The position numbers were made by a program, and so were the translations under genes. A DNA stretch of 64,000 nt from Octopus sinensis (lineage: Eukaryota): assembly GCF_006345805.1 (NCBI RefSeq), contig NC_043011.1, positions 35,476,464 through 35,540,463 on the forward strand, in the 5' to 3' direction. The notes under the pieces were generated by a model. That model saw only the letters and a list, made by a program, of their open reading frames with translations, had not been told where the DNA came from and ran no database searches. Shown one piece after another: positions 11,223-22,881 of the stretch (within the stretch, counting starts at the first letter, position 1; every line of letters starts with the position of its first letter).

Positions 11223-11819
11223 TATATACCAGTCTGGTCTATATCTATCTAGGAGTCTTTTTTCTTTGTCTCTGTCATTCTAGTTGTCTGCTTCTCCCAC
11301 TTTTTTTTTGTCAAGCCTTAAAGAAGGGACAAAGCAGATGATCTTTGCAAGCCCTTTGTGAATAGCGAGATTGATGTTGTTAGCATTCTGCTTATTTAAA
11401 CTGTAGCAGGCCAATGCACATAGGAAAAACAGGAGCAAGGAGTGATTGCAGAAGGATGAGGCATGGTAGGAGGAAAGGTTAGGCGTAGCAGTTAGTGTGG
11501 AGCTGAGGGAGGGGTTTATGTACTGTGAGGTAAAAGTACTGTGAGGTAAAAGAAGCATGAGTAGGTCAGGGTAGTGTGAGTAATGTAGGCACAGCGCAAC
11601 CAGCTCTATGGATCAGGGGCCATTTTAGTAGAGGTAGAAAAGACAGAGAAAGGAAACAGATTGGCTGTTTCTATGTTTCTGCATGTCCATATGTGTGTGT
11701 GTGTGTATGTGTTGCATATGCATGTGTGTGTCTGTGTTGATACGTGAGTGTGTAAATAATCAAGTAAGTTACATTTGCTTGCATATATGTGTGTGTATAT
11801 ATATAAATATACTAGTATG

Positions 11820-12191
11820 GCACTCCTTCAGTTATGACGACGAAGTTTCCAGTTGATCCAATCTATGGAACAATCTGCTTGTGAAATTAATTTACAAATG
11901 GCTGAGCACTCCACAAATATGTGTACCCGTAACATAGCTCTTGGGGATATTCAGCGTGACACAGTGTGACAAGGCTGGCCCTTTGAAATACAGGTACAAC
12001 AGAAACAGGAAGAAAAAGTGAGAGAAAGTTGTGTGAAAGATTATGGCAGGGTTCGCCACTACCCCCTGCTGAAGCTTCATGGAGCTTTAAGTGTTTTCAC
12101 TCAATAAACACTTACAATGCCCAGTCTAGGAATCGAAACCACAATCTTATGATCATGAGTCTGCTGCCCTAACCACTTGGCCATTGTACTT

Positions 12192-12192
<1 letters not shown>
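11820..12192 (-). mobile_element. tRNA-derived SINE family D
   Basis: Matches 56197-56584 throughout. Confidence 0.88.

Positions 12193-12282
<90 letters not shown>
12193..12282. repeat. (CA)n microsatellite
   Basis: Direct reading. Confidence 0.97.
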
Positions 12283-12287
<5 letters not shown>

Positions 12288-12942
12288 TTTAAAAATTTGA
12301 CAAAAAGATGTTGGCAAATAATCTTTATTTTAGCATACTGTTACTAAATGTCTCTCATTGAGAGATTTAGAAATAATAATGTTTCTATTTTAACAAATAG
12401 AAAATTTTACAAAAACCTAACAAACAGAAAATTCGTAGCACATTCATCATCAGCCAACATCCAAAAGATCATTACACTTGTGTGCCTTTAGCATTGATAT
12501 TGTTCACTTCTGGTGGCGCCAATGGTGAGAAGCCACTGGGAATAGCTAATGAATGTACAGGACAATGACAAAAATCAAACACGACAAAATAAAACATACA
12601 TGTACAGCAAAACATGCCATGCAGATGCAAGAGAGGCAGATATCGGGTAACACAAAAGAAAATAAAAATGTCTTGTAGGCCTGGAGAGAAGAAAAGGACA
12701 GAAAAGAAGAAATATAGTACTACGGAGGAAGGCATAAAAGAGAGACAAAGAAAGAAAAAGAGACAGAAATAGATGTCACATAAAAAAATATTTCAAGAAT
12801 ATTTTACAAATGAGGAAACAAAATATCAGGAGTGCGTAGCATTACATAAATAATATTCCAAAAGAAACACAACAAACTGAAAATTTCACAAAGGCATAAC
12901 AAACAGACAGTTTGTAGCTCATATATATAAACGTATATTACA

Positions 12943-12974
<32 letters not shown>

Positions 12975-12979
<5 letters not shown>

Positions 12980-14177
12980 ACGAACAGCCTGCTACATGCA
13001 GCGAAACATGGCTGTGACTGCTGAGACATGCGTAAGCTCGTGAGGATGAAGCCAGTATGCTCCGATGGATGTGTATTTCAGTGTACATACTCGACAGAGC
13101 GTTAGCACCTTGAGAGAAATGTTGACCTAGAGCATCAGTTGTGGTGTGCAAGAGAGACGATTGCGCTGGTATTGTCATGTGGCGAGAATGGATGAAGATA
13201 GGTGTGTGAGAAAGTGCCATCCCTAGCAGTTGAGGGAACACGTGGAAGAGGTAGACCCAGGAAAACCTGGGACGAGGTGGTGAAGCAGCACGACCTTCGA
13301 ACTTTAGGGCCTCACTGAGGAAATGACCAGAGACCGAGACCTTTGGAATATTCTGTACGTGAGAAGACCACAGGACAATGAGCCCGCCCACTTATGAATG
13401 CCTTTTCCTCCCTTGGACACAAAGACCGGTTGAGGCAAGCGAAGTCGATATAGAACCTCATCCGACGACAGAACACCCATCCCAACCCCCCCTGCTTGCG
13501 AAGACATGTTGGGGCAAGCGAAATCGAAACCGAATTGAACCAGCCAGGATCCCTGGCCTGGTGTACGTAAAAAGCACTATCCGACTCGGGGCCGTGGCAC
13601 GTAAAATACCAATGCGACCGTACGACAGGCACCCATGCCAACCCCCTTTGCTTGTGAAGACATGTTGGGGCAAGCGAAATCGCAATCGAATTGAACCAGC
13701 CAGGATCCCTGGCCTGGTGGTACGTAAAAAGCACTATCCGACTCGTGGCTGTGGCACGTAAATACTCCAATGCGACCGTACTACAGGCACCCCTTGCCAA
13801 CCCCCTTTGCTTGTGAATACATGTTGGGGCAGCGAAATCGAAATCGAATTGAACCAGCCAGGATCCCTGGTCTGGTGGTACGTAAAAAGCACTATCCGAC
13901 TCGTGGCGATGCCAGCAACCGCTCGACTGGCTTCCGTGCCGGTGGCACATAAATACACCAATCTGACCGTGGCCTTTGCCAGACCCCGCCTGGCACCTGT
14001 GCAGGTGGCACTAAAAGCACCCACTACACTCACGGAGTGGTTGGCGTTAGGAGGGCATCCAGCTGTAGAAACATTGCCAAATTAGACTGGAGCCTGGTGC
14101 ATTCTGCTCCTTGTCAACCCCGGTCGAACCGTCCAACCCCATGCTAGCATGGAGAACTGACGTTAAACAACGATGAT
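12975..14177 (+). mobile_element. 5'-truncated RTE-clade LINE: ORF C-terminus remnant, 3' UTR with tandem array, and GAT tail
   Basis: With indels reads CVRTA...ETWAVTAE.MRKL...EASMLRWMC...ERRLRWYCHVARMDEDRCVRKC...VEGTRGRGRPRKTWDEVVK (RTE-type C-terminus); 3' UTR ends ACGTTAAACAACGATGAT. Confidence 0.9.
13470..13905 (+). repeat. ~157-bp tandem repeat x3 inside the RTE 3' UTR
   Basis: AA(G/T)ACATGTTGGGGCA at 13501, 13657 and 13816 (periods 156 and 159). Confidence 0.95.
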
Positions 14178-14178
14178 A

Positions 14179-14277
14179 TATAATACTTTATTTAAAAGCA
14201 GCAGAAATTCAACAAAACCTGTTGCTGCAAGTAACAGGTTTTGTTGATTTCTGCTGCTTTTAATAAAGCATATTATA
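14179..14277. repeat. ~99-nt near-perfect palindrome (possible collapsed inverted-pLTR junction)
   Basis: TATAATACTTTATTTAAAAGCAGCAGAAATTCAACAAAACCTGTT vs AACAGGTTTTGTTGATTTCTGCTGCTTTTAATAAAGCATATTATA. Confidence 0.9.
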
Positions 14278-14337
14278 CTCTACCCCTGGTATTTGAGTAA
14301 TCTTTTTTCCACCTTGTTTCACATTTATGTTTACTCC

Positions 14338-14339
<2 letters not shown>

Positions 14340-14379
<40 letters not shown>

Positions 14380-14428
14380 GATATTATATATTATATAGTA
14401 TGTAATATGTATATATATATGTATATAT

Positions 14429-14487
<59 letters not shown>

Positions 14488-14490
14488 ATG

Positions 14491-14551
<61 letters not shown>

Positions 14552-14574
14552 ATATGTATATGTGTATATATATA

Positions 14575-14606
<32 letters not shown>

Positions 14607-14804
14607 ATATATTTATATATTATAATATATATATATATATATATATCTATACATACATATATAATCACATACATATATATATATATACACACATAATACA
14701 TATATTATATATATACACATACATATATATATGTATATTATATTTTTATATATATAAATATATGTGTGTGTGTGTGTGTGCGTGTGTATCTAAATCTATA
14801 TATC

Positions 14805-14837
<33 letters not shown>

Positions 14838-14890
14838 ATCTTCTATCTATCTATCTATCTATCTATCTATATATATATATATATATATAA
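14340..14890. repeat. Compound (TA)n/(TG)n/(CTAT)n microsatellite
   Basis: Direct reading. Confidence 0.95.
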
Positions 14891-14891
14891 T

Positions 14892-15079
14892 AGTAATACT
14901 AAGTAATAAAGGGTTTAGCAACGATTTGCCTCACCACCCACCACCGAATTTAGAAAAAGCAGTCAAAAAGTTTTGGCTATTCTTTCTACTTAAAAGGGAG
15001 ATCCCAGTAAAACCAAATTTCTAAATTCAGTGTGTGGTGAGGCAAATCGTTGCTAAACCCTTAATTACTTAGTATTACT
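14892..15079. mobile_element. Foldback element, ~62-65-bp arms with a 61-bp spacer
   Basis: AGTAATACTAAGTAAT(A/T)AAGGGTTTAGCAACGATTTGCCTCACCAC...GAATTTAGAAA and its reverse complement at 15018-15079. Confidence 0.85.
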
Positions 15080-15299
15080 TAAACCTTCCTTGAATGGGGC
15101 TTTTACATGCTGAACTCTACTTGGTGAAATTAATGATTATTTATAAATTAATTAATTTCACCTTTTATTATTGATAATTATATATATATATAATATATAT
15201 ATATATTTATATAAAGAGAGAGAGAGAGAGGTTATGAGAGGTAATAATGTCAATAAGACCCAAAAGTGTCAGTTAATGCTGAGTATGTGCTATGGACAG

Positions 15300-16100
15300 A
15301 CCATAGTTAAGCTCCAGGTTCGGTGATTATGCAAGTAAGGAGTCCACACTGAAGATATCACCCACATCATAAGCAGTTGTCTGAAAATGTCATCATGGCA
15401 TTATCTATCGATGAGACATGAATATGTAGCTAGGACACTCTATAATGAAATCTATGGGAAGGATAATCCCAAGGACAAAGAAATAAGAACCCACAATATG
15501 TTAGAAGTGATAGCCACTCATAATGAAAAGGAATACTGGTGGAATATAGTAGACCTCAATAATATGTAAGCCCAACATACCTGATATAATGATTTAGGAT
15601 AGAGAAGAGAAACTGTGCACAATTGTGGAAATTAGCTGCCCAGAGGATGTTAACATAAAGCTGAAGATCAGTGAAAAAATGCTGAACTATTGAGAAATCT
15701 GCAGTTACTCTATCCAGATTACAAGTTCAGGTTTATACCTGTCATTATTGGGGCCCTGGGATATGTAACACTGCCTAAATACCAATCTTGAGAAATTAGG
15801 CTTCTCAAAACCAGAAAGGAGAAAGCTTATTCGAAGACTACAGATCCAATCCATCACTGGAACTGTAAAAATCTGTAAAACTTTCCAGAAGTTTATCATT
15901 TAAATATATATGAGCATGTCTAGATATGCAACTATATGCATGAGAATACATACATAAAACATATAAATCTGCACATACATACATAAATACATACATACGT
16001 ACCTACGTACGTATGTACATGCATACATACATATACATACATATATATACATACATACATATACATATATATATATATATATATATACATACATACATAA
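15300..16100 (+). pseudogene. R4/Dong-type LINE 3' fragment: CCHC + RLE endonuclease + 3' UTR
   Basis: TEDITHIISSCLKMSSWHYLSMRHEYVARTLYNEI; PDIMI.DREEKLCTIVEISCP (PD..E-x-x-x-P); FIPVIIGPLG; ends KICKTFQKFII* at ~15903. Confidence 0.85.
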
Positions 16101-16132
16101 CACACACACACGCACACATATATATATATATA

Positions 16133-16968
16133 CAGTATGCGGTGAATAAACTGTCATCTAAATTAGACAAAATTGAAAATAATACGGACATCTCATTTAC
16201 CAAAATTACATAAAAATATCTTGAAACACTAAAGAGTAAATTTATTTAATAAAATCGCCATAGGCTTCAACCCCGGCCTCCAGACGACTTCAGAACGTTC
16301 TGCAACTCTTCTGGATGGTCTCCATATTTAAGTTGGTGAATGTTGTCATAATCCTTGCTTCAGTTCATTTTTGGTGTTACAAGGAATTGTGTTGGTTTCT
16401 CCTTCAACTGCATCCCACACATAATAATCAAGGGGGTTGCAGTCTGGGGAGTTAGGTGACCAGATGTCAGGGGTAATGTGATCGCAGAAATTGTCTGACA
16501 GCCATGACTGGATTCTCCTGCTTGTGTGGCATGGTGGAGGGTCATGTTGCCAGATACAGGGTGTTCCAGTAGCCACTGTCTTCACCCAGGGCAGCACTAC
16601 TTCCTCCAGGCACTCGATGTAGGCTTCTGTGCTGAGTCTGAGAGCATGTGGCAAAATGAATGGAGGCATAACATTGCCGTCACTAGTGATCACTCCAAAC
16701 ATCATGATGTTGACTGGATGTTTGATTTTTATCACTCTCGGTACATGTCTTCAGATTGACACCCAAACACTCTGAAATGTTCACACTGGAGCTTCTAGCA
16801 TGAATACCAAGCATACTGGCAGAGTGAATTGTGCCATAGTGTTGTTTTTCTCAGAGACAGTGCCCAGCTGACCCTATTATACTGTGTAGCTGCCAAATTC
16901 CAAAACAAACAATGTGCATATGTGAAATTAATAATATAAAAGGGCGACAATTTGCCCATCGCACCCTG
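16133..16968 (-). mobile_element. Internally deleted Tc1/mariner transposon of the DD37D (maT/Bmmar1-like) family
   Basis: TA flanks (16131-16132, 16969-16970); TIR CAGGGTGCGATGGGCAAATTGTCGCCC vs degenerate CAGTATGCGGTGAATAAACTGTCATCT (17/27); ORF 16346-16735 has QHD-(37 aa)-NPLDY; N-terminus MAQFTLP starts at 16837. Confidence 0.9.
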
Positions 16969-17021
<53 letters not shown>

Positions 17022-17614
17022 GTGCATGTGCATGCACGTGTGTGTGTGTATGTGTATATATACATATATATGTATATATATATATATATGTGTGTGTGTG
17101 GGTGTATATGTATATATGTATATGTATATATATATACATATATATGTATTTATTTATATAAACATACACTTATGCACACACATTTCTCTCTCTCTCTCTC
17201 TCTCTTCCTCTCTTGCTATTTCTTTCTACTTCCCTGTGTCTGTCTTGTTCACACTGTCAAACACACATATATCTACACACAGAGAGATACATAATGTTTT
17301 AAAATCTTATTTATAATTTATTTCATACGTTGAGGTTTGAAATAAATTATAAATAAGATTTAAAAAAAAAAAAAAGACCAGAATTTAAATAAACGTAAAT
17401 GAACAGTATTTGTTTAAAACAAGGAAAATATTAAATTGTATTATTGTTTTTAGTGAAATAGCAATACAATAAAAACAAAATAAAATAATTTTCTTTAATA
17501 TCAGAGTTAATACATAAAATATAATTCTAGTGACTTTTCTGTCTGTTGTGAAAAATGCTAAAAGCATGTTATAACTTTTAGAGATAGATATATGTACATA
17601 AATATGTGAAGATA

Positions 17615-17708
17615 TTTGCATGTATGTATGTATGTATGTATGTATGTATGTATGTATGTATGTATGTATGTATGTATGTATGTATGTATGTATGTATGCA
17701 TGTATGTA

Positions 17709-17741
<33 letters not shown>

Positions 17742-18742
17742 ATGTATGTATGTATGTATGTATGTATGTATGTATGCATGTATGAATGTGTATATGTGTC
17801 TGTCTGTATGTATGTATATATTTATATGTGTATGCTGTGAGTATGTATGTTTGTGTATGTATGCATGTATGTGTGTGTATGTATGTATGCATGTATGTGT
17901 GTGTATGTATGTATGTATATATGCATGTATGTATGTATGTATGGGTGTGTGTATGTATGTTATGTATGTATGTATGTATGTATGTATGTATGTATGTATG
18001 TATGTATGTATGAATGTATATATGTGTCTGTCTGTCTGTCTGTATATATTTATATGTGTATGCTGTGAGTATGTATGTTTGTGTATGTATGCATGATTGT
18101 ATATGCACTCATGTATGAATGTGTATATGTGGGTGTATGTATGTATATATATATATCTATATGTGTATGCTGTATGTATGTTTGAGTATGTATGCATGGT
18201 GTGTTGTGTGTGTATGTATTTTTGTATACATATTCATGTATTAGTGTGCATATGTAGGTGTACGTTTGTATGTATGAATGTATATATGTATGCATGCATG
18301 TATGTATAAATGTGTATGTGTACTGTATGTATGTATGCTTGTATAAATGTGCATGTGGCTGTGTGTATGCTTGTATATGTATTCATGTATGAGTGTGTCT
18401 ATGTAGGTGTAAGTATGTATATATGTATGTATACTATGTGTATGCATTATTTGTGTATGTATGTATGCACGCATGTATATATGTGTATGTGGATGTGTGT
18501 ATGTTTGCGTGTGTGCATATGTATGTTTGTATATGGATTCATGTATATATGTATGCGTGTATGCATGAAACTATATATGGGTGTATTTATGTATATATGT
18601 ATGTATACTGTGTGTATGTTTGTGTATATATGTATAAATGCGTATGTGAGTGTATGTATGTATGTATATATGTATGCATGTGTGTGTGTATGCATGTTTG
18701 TATATGTATTCATGTATGTATGAATGTGTATATGTGGGTGCG

Positions 18743-18776
<34 letters not shown>

Positions 18777-19210
18777 CTGTGTGTATGTTTGTGAATCTAT
18801 AAATGAGTATGTAGGTGTGTGTGTGTATGTATATATGTATGTATGTATGTGTGCATATTTGCATATGTATTCATGCATGTAGTATGAACATGTATATGTG
18901 GGTGTATGTATGTATATATGTATGTATATATGTATGTATATATGTATATATTTATATATATATATATATCATTGTGTATGTATGCATGTATGTATAAATG
19001 TGTAAGTGTGTGTATGTAGGTATGTATGTATATATGTGTGTATGTATGAATGTGTGTGTGTGTACGCAAGTAGGTATGTATGTATTTGTTTGTGTGTATA
19101 TAGGTATGAATATATGTATGTTGTATATGGGTATGTAAGCTTGTGTATCTATGCATGTATAAATGTGTATATGTATGCATGTATGTATATAATTAAGCAT
19201 GTATGTATGT
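17615..19210. repeat. ~1.6-kb compound (TATG)n/(TG)n array with higher-order duplicated blocks
   Basis: Direct reading; TATGCTGTGAGTATG at 17831 and 18059. Confidence 0.93.
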
Positions 19211-19429
19211 AAGAATGTTCATGTGTGGTTGTGTGTATTTGCATAATATGAATGTAGTGGGTGGGGTGGGGCGGATGTCTGTACATGTGTTTGTCTAATT
19301 TTACATAATGACAGTATTCCGATAAAAAGAAATAAGAAAACAAAAAAAAAACCCCAAAAAAACGAATAAAATCAGGTAAACAACACATACATACTCTCAC
19401 ATACTCACATAGATATATGTACAGATGCC

Positions 19430-19840
19430 CATCTATCACTACCACCGCCACCAACACCAACACCACCACCAACACCACCAATACCGCTGCCGCTGTTGCC
19501 AATACCGCCCCGCCATCTCATCAGTCTTCATCATTGCCATCGTTACCATCACCACCACCACCATCACCACCACCACCACCACCATTATCATCATCATCAT
19601 CATCATCATTGCCATCTTCCTCCTCCTCCTCCTCCTCCACCACATCATCATCAATACTACTAACGCCTGCAGCAGTACTATAACCACCACAGAACACCCT
19701 CCCAACACCATCCCCCTCTGCTTCCTTCTCCTCCTCCTCCGCTTCCTCCTCCTCCTCATCCTCATCACTGGCATAGAAATAAAGAAAATGACACCGGTAA
19801 AAAGTCTGGTTATATAAACATTTTTGTTTTAATATTTCTG

Positions 19841-19874
<34 letters not shown>

Positions 19875-20074
19875 ACAAACACACACACACACACATATAC
19901 AAACACATGCATTAGCATACAGTCACCAACATCATCATCATCATCATCATCACCGTCTTCACCACAAACACTGGCAACACTTCAGCAAATCACATCACCA
20001 AAGAGAGAGTTCTATGATGTTTTTAATAATGCCTCATCACCACCACCACCACCACCACCACCACCACCATCACC

Positions 20075-20108
<34 letters not shown>

Positions 20109-20600
20109 TCATCATCGTCGTCGTTATCAATCATCATCATCATCATCATCAACATCATCATCATCCTCATCATCATCATCATCATCCTCATCATCATCAT
20201 CATCATCAACATCATCATCATCATAATCTCCACCATCATCATCATCATCATCGTCATCATCATTGTTATTGTTGTTGTATCATTGTCTATGCCATCAATA
20301 TTATCATCACCATCATTATTGTTGTTATTGCCATTATCATCATCATCATCATCATTATCATTGTTATCTTTGTCATCATCACCAACACCTTCTTTGTAAT
20401 CATTGCCATCATCATTATCTTTGTCATCATCATCACCGTCTACTTCATTGCTATCATCATCATCATTTTAATCAATGTCGTCATCATGATGACAATGATG
20501 ACCACCACCATCACCCCCCAACACCACCTCCTCCTCCCCCCACCACCTTCACCATCTTCACCACCAGCACCACCACCTCCACCACCACCACCAAAGTAGT
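19430..20600. repeat. Trinucleotide low-complexity island (CAC/CAT/TCC/TCA) with (CA)n
   Basis: Direct reading. Confidence 0.9.
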
Positions 20601-20732
20601 GTTCTATGTTTTTATACAATGCATCAGACACACACACATATGTGTATGTGTGTGTGTGTGTATGTGTGCGTGTCTGATGCATTATAAAAACCATTCTTTG
20701 TATAAGTTTTATATGTACATATACATATACAT

Positions 20733-20775
<43 letters not shown>

Positions 20776-20877
20776 ATATACATACATAAATATATATATA
20801 TAGATATACATATACATACACACACACATATAGATATATATATACATACACATCTATATGTGTGTGTCGTGGCCAAT

Positions 20878-21088
20878 GACAGTACTGCCTTTCTGGTTCC
20901 CATGCTGGTGGCATGTAAAAAGCACCCACTACACTCTCAGAATGGTCGGCGTTAGGAAGGGCATCCAGCTGTAGAAACATTGCTAGATCAGTTGGGAGCC
21001 TGGTGTGGCCTCCTCGCTTGCCAGTCCTCAGTCAAACCGTCCAACCCATGCCAGCATGGAAAACGTTAAACGATGATGACGATGATAA
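20878..21088 (+). mobile_element. RTE 3' end (family C)
   Basis: GGTGGCATGTAAAAAGCACCCACTACACTC...CCAACCCATGCCAGCATGG + GAT tail. Confidence 0.9.
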
Positions 21089-21112
21089 TACACACACACA
21101 CAAATTCATGTA

Positions 21113-21395
21113 CATCATCATCATCATCATCATCGTTTAACGTCCGTTCTCCATGCTAGCATGGGTTGGACGGTTCAACCGGGGATCTGGGAAGCCAGAA
21201 GGCTGCACCAGGCTCCAGTCTTATCTGGCAATGTTTCTACAGCTGGATGCCCTTCCTAACGTCAACCACTCTGTGAGTGTAGTGGGTGCTTTTTGCGTGT
21301 CACCCACACAGGTGCCAGGCGAGGCTGGCAACGGCCACGGTCGGATTGGTGCATTTTACGTGCCACCGGCACGGAAGCCAGTTGAGGCGGCACTG
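21113..21395 (-). mobile_element. RTE 3' end (family C), tail-to-tail with the previous copy
   Basis: Reverse complement of family C with two 3'-UTR modules. Confidence 0.9.
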
Positions 21396-21479
21396 CGCTA
21401 TATAATCAAATAAACCCTACATAGAGGTGCAAGTGGGAGTATACTCGGTGGGGGGGATTGTCAAGTAAGACAGGGGTTG

Positions 21480-21540
21480 AAACTTCCGGTATTCGTGTAG
21501 AAACTTCCGGTATTGGTGGAGGGGGTGGGAGGGCGGGCGA
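21480..21540. promoter_or_regulatory. Candidate promoter-like patch: two ETS motifs (CCGGAAGT on minus) 21 bp apart plus a GC box
   Basis: ACTTCCGG at 21482 and 21503; GGGCGG at 21531; locally CpG-rich. Confidence 0.3.
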
Positions 21541-22038
21541 ACCTCGAAGCAACGAGTTTGAATATAATTCGTAGGAACATGTACATATATATATAAAGAA
21601 ATGAAAGACAGAAGATGGAATATACTAGAAAATGTACACGCATGCATGCTTACGTATATCATATACATTAGCAATCATAATCATAATCATCATCATCATC
21701 ATCATTTTCATCAATGACAGCAATAGCTAAAACTACTCACATTATAAAAAGCATAGCTGAATGATGTTTTTTTTTTATTTTCATTTCATTTCTTTTTCTT
21801 TTTTTTTTTTTTTTGCTTTTAGTTTTTATTCTTTTTAAGCAGATCGCAGTATTTATTTATTTATAAACTGTCTGGAATGTATTGTTATCCATTTTGGCAA
21901 AACTCTCCAGAATTTTAATTCTGTTCTTCGAATTATGAAACAAGCGTGGGAAACTACAATAACGGAAAACAGAAAGGAAAACTGCAGGAAAAATATATCT
22001 TTTCTGTTTTTTTTCCTTTCATGTATTATTCGTTTTAT

Positions 22039-22212
22039 TCTTTTACTCTTTCACTTGTTTCAGTCATTTGACTGTGGCCATGCTGGAGCACTGCCTTTAT
22101 GGATTGTCAGCTAAAGAAATTGACCCCAGCACTTATTCTTTGTAAGCCTAGTACTTGTTTGATTGATTATCAACTGATGGTGGTGGTGGAATGAAGACAG
22201 ACACAAAGACAC

Positions 22213-22245
<33 letters not shown>

Positions 22246-22804
22246 TATCAAAATAAAAATTCAAATGGAAATTGTAGTTAAGACACCTATGCTGGTGACA
22301 CGTAAAAAAGCACCGTCCGAACATGGCAGATGCCAGCGCCGCCTGGCTGGCGTCCGTGTCGGTGACATGTAAAAGCACCAACCGATCATGGCCGTTTGCC
22401 AGCCTGCCCTGGCCCCTGTGCCGGTGGCACGTAAAAAGCACCCACTACACTCACGGAGTGGTTGGCGTTAGGAAGGGCATCCAGCTGTAGAAACACTGCC
22501 AAATCAGACAAGAGCCTGGTGCAGCCTCCATGGTTTCCAGACCCTAGTCGAACCGTCCAACTCATGCTAGCATGGAAACCGGACGTTAAATGATGATGAT
22601 GAGGATGATGCTGATGATGATGATATATATACACTTATATATATGACAGGCTCTTTTCAGTTTCCGTTTACCAAATCCACTCGCAAGGCTTTGGTTGGGC
22701 CAAGTCTATAATGAAAGACACTTCCCCTGAGTTGTCATGCAGTGGGACTGAACCCGGAACCATGTGGTTGGGAAACAAGCTTCTTTCCATACAGTCATGC
22801 CTAT
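22039..22804 (-). mobile_element. SINE family A split in its microsatellite linker by an RTE 3' end
   Basis: 3' half ~22039-22210, 5' half ~22640-22804, with the family C insert between them. Confidence 0.8.
22262..22623 (+). mobile_element. RTE 3' end (family C) with three 3'-UTR modules
   Basis: GGTG(A/G)CA(C/T)GTAAAA(A)GCACC near 22294, 22361 and 22423, then the canonical end and GAT tail. Confidence 0.9.
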
Positions 22805-22881
22805 TTAAAAAAATAAGATAAAAATATTAAATAAAATACACGAACAAGATACATTTTCACATAAATCTTTTATGAGTCGCT

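Noticed and set aside
11521-11552. 16-bp direct duplication TACTGTGAGGTAAAAG
   Set aside because: Isolated local slippage duplication
13304-14085. Several 60-212 aa ORFs on both strands
   Set aside because: They arise from the GC-rich tandemly repeated RTE 3' UTR; the real coding remnant lies upstream and is frameshifted
19417-20955. Poly-His/Pro/Ser/Thr/Met/Glu ORFs
   Set aside because: Open in many frames on both strands; trinucleotide low complexity with no splice or homology support
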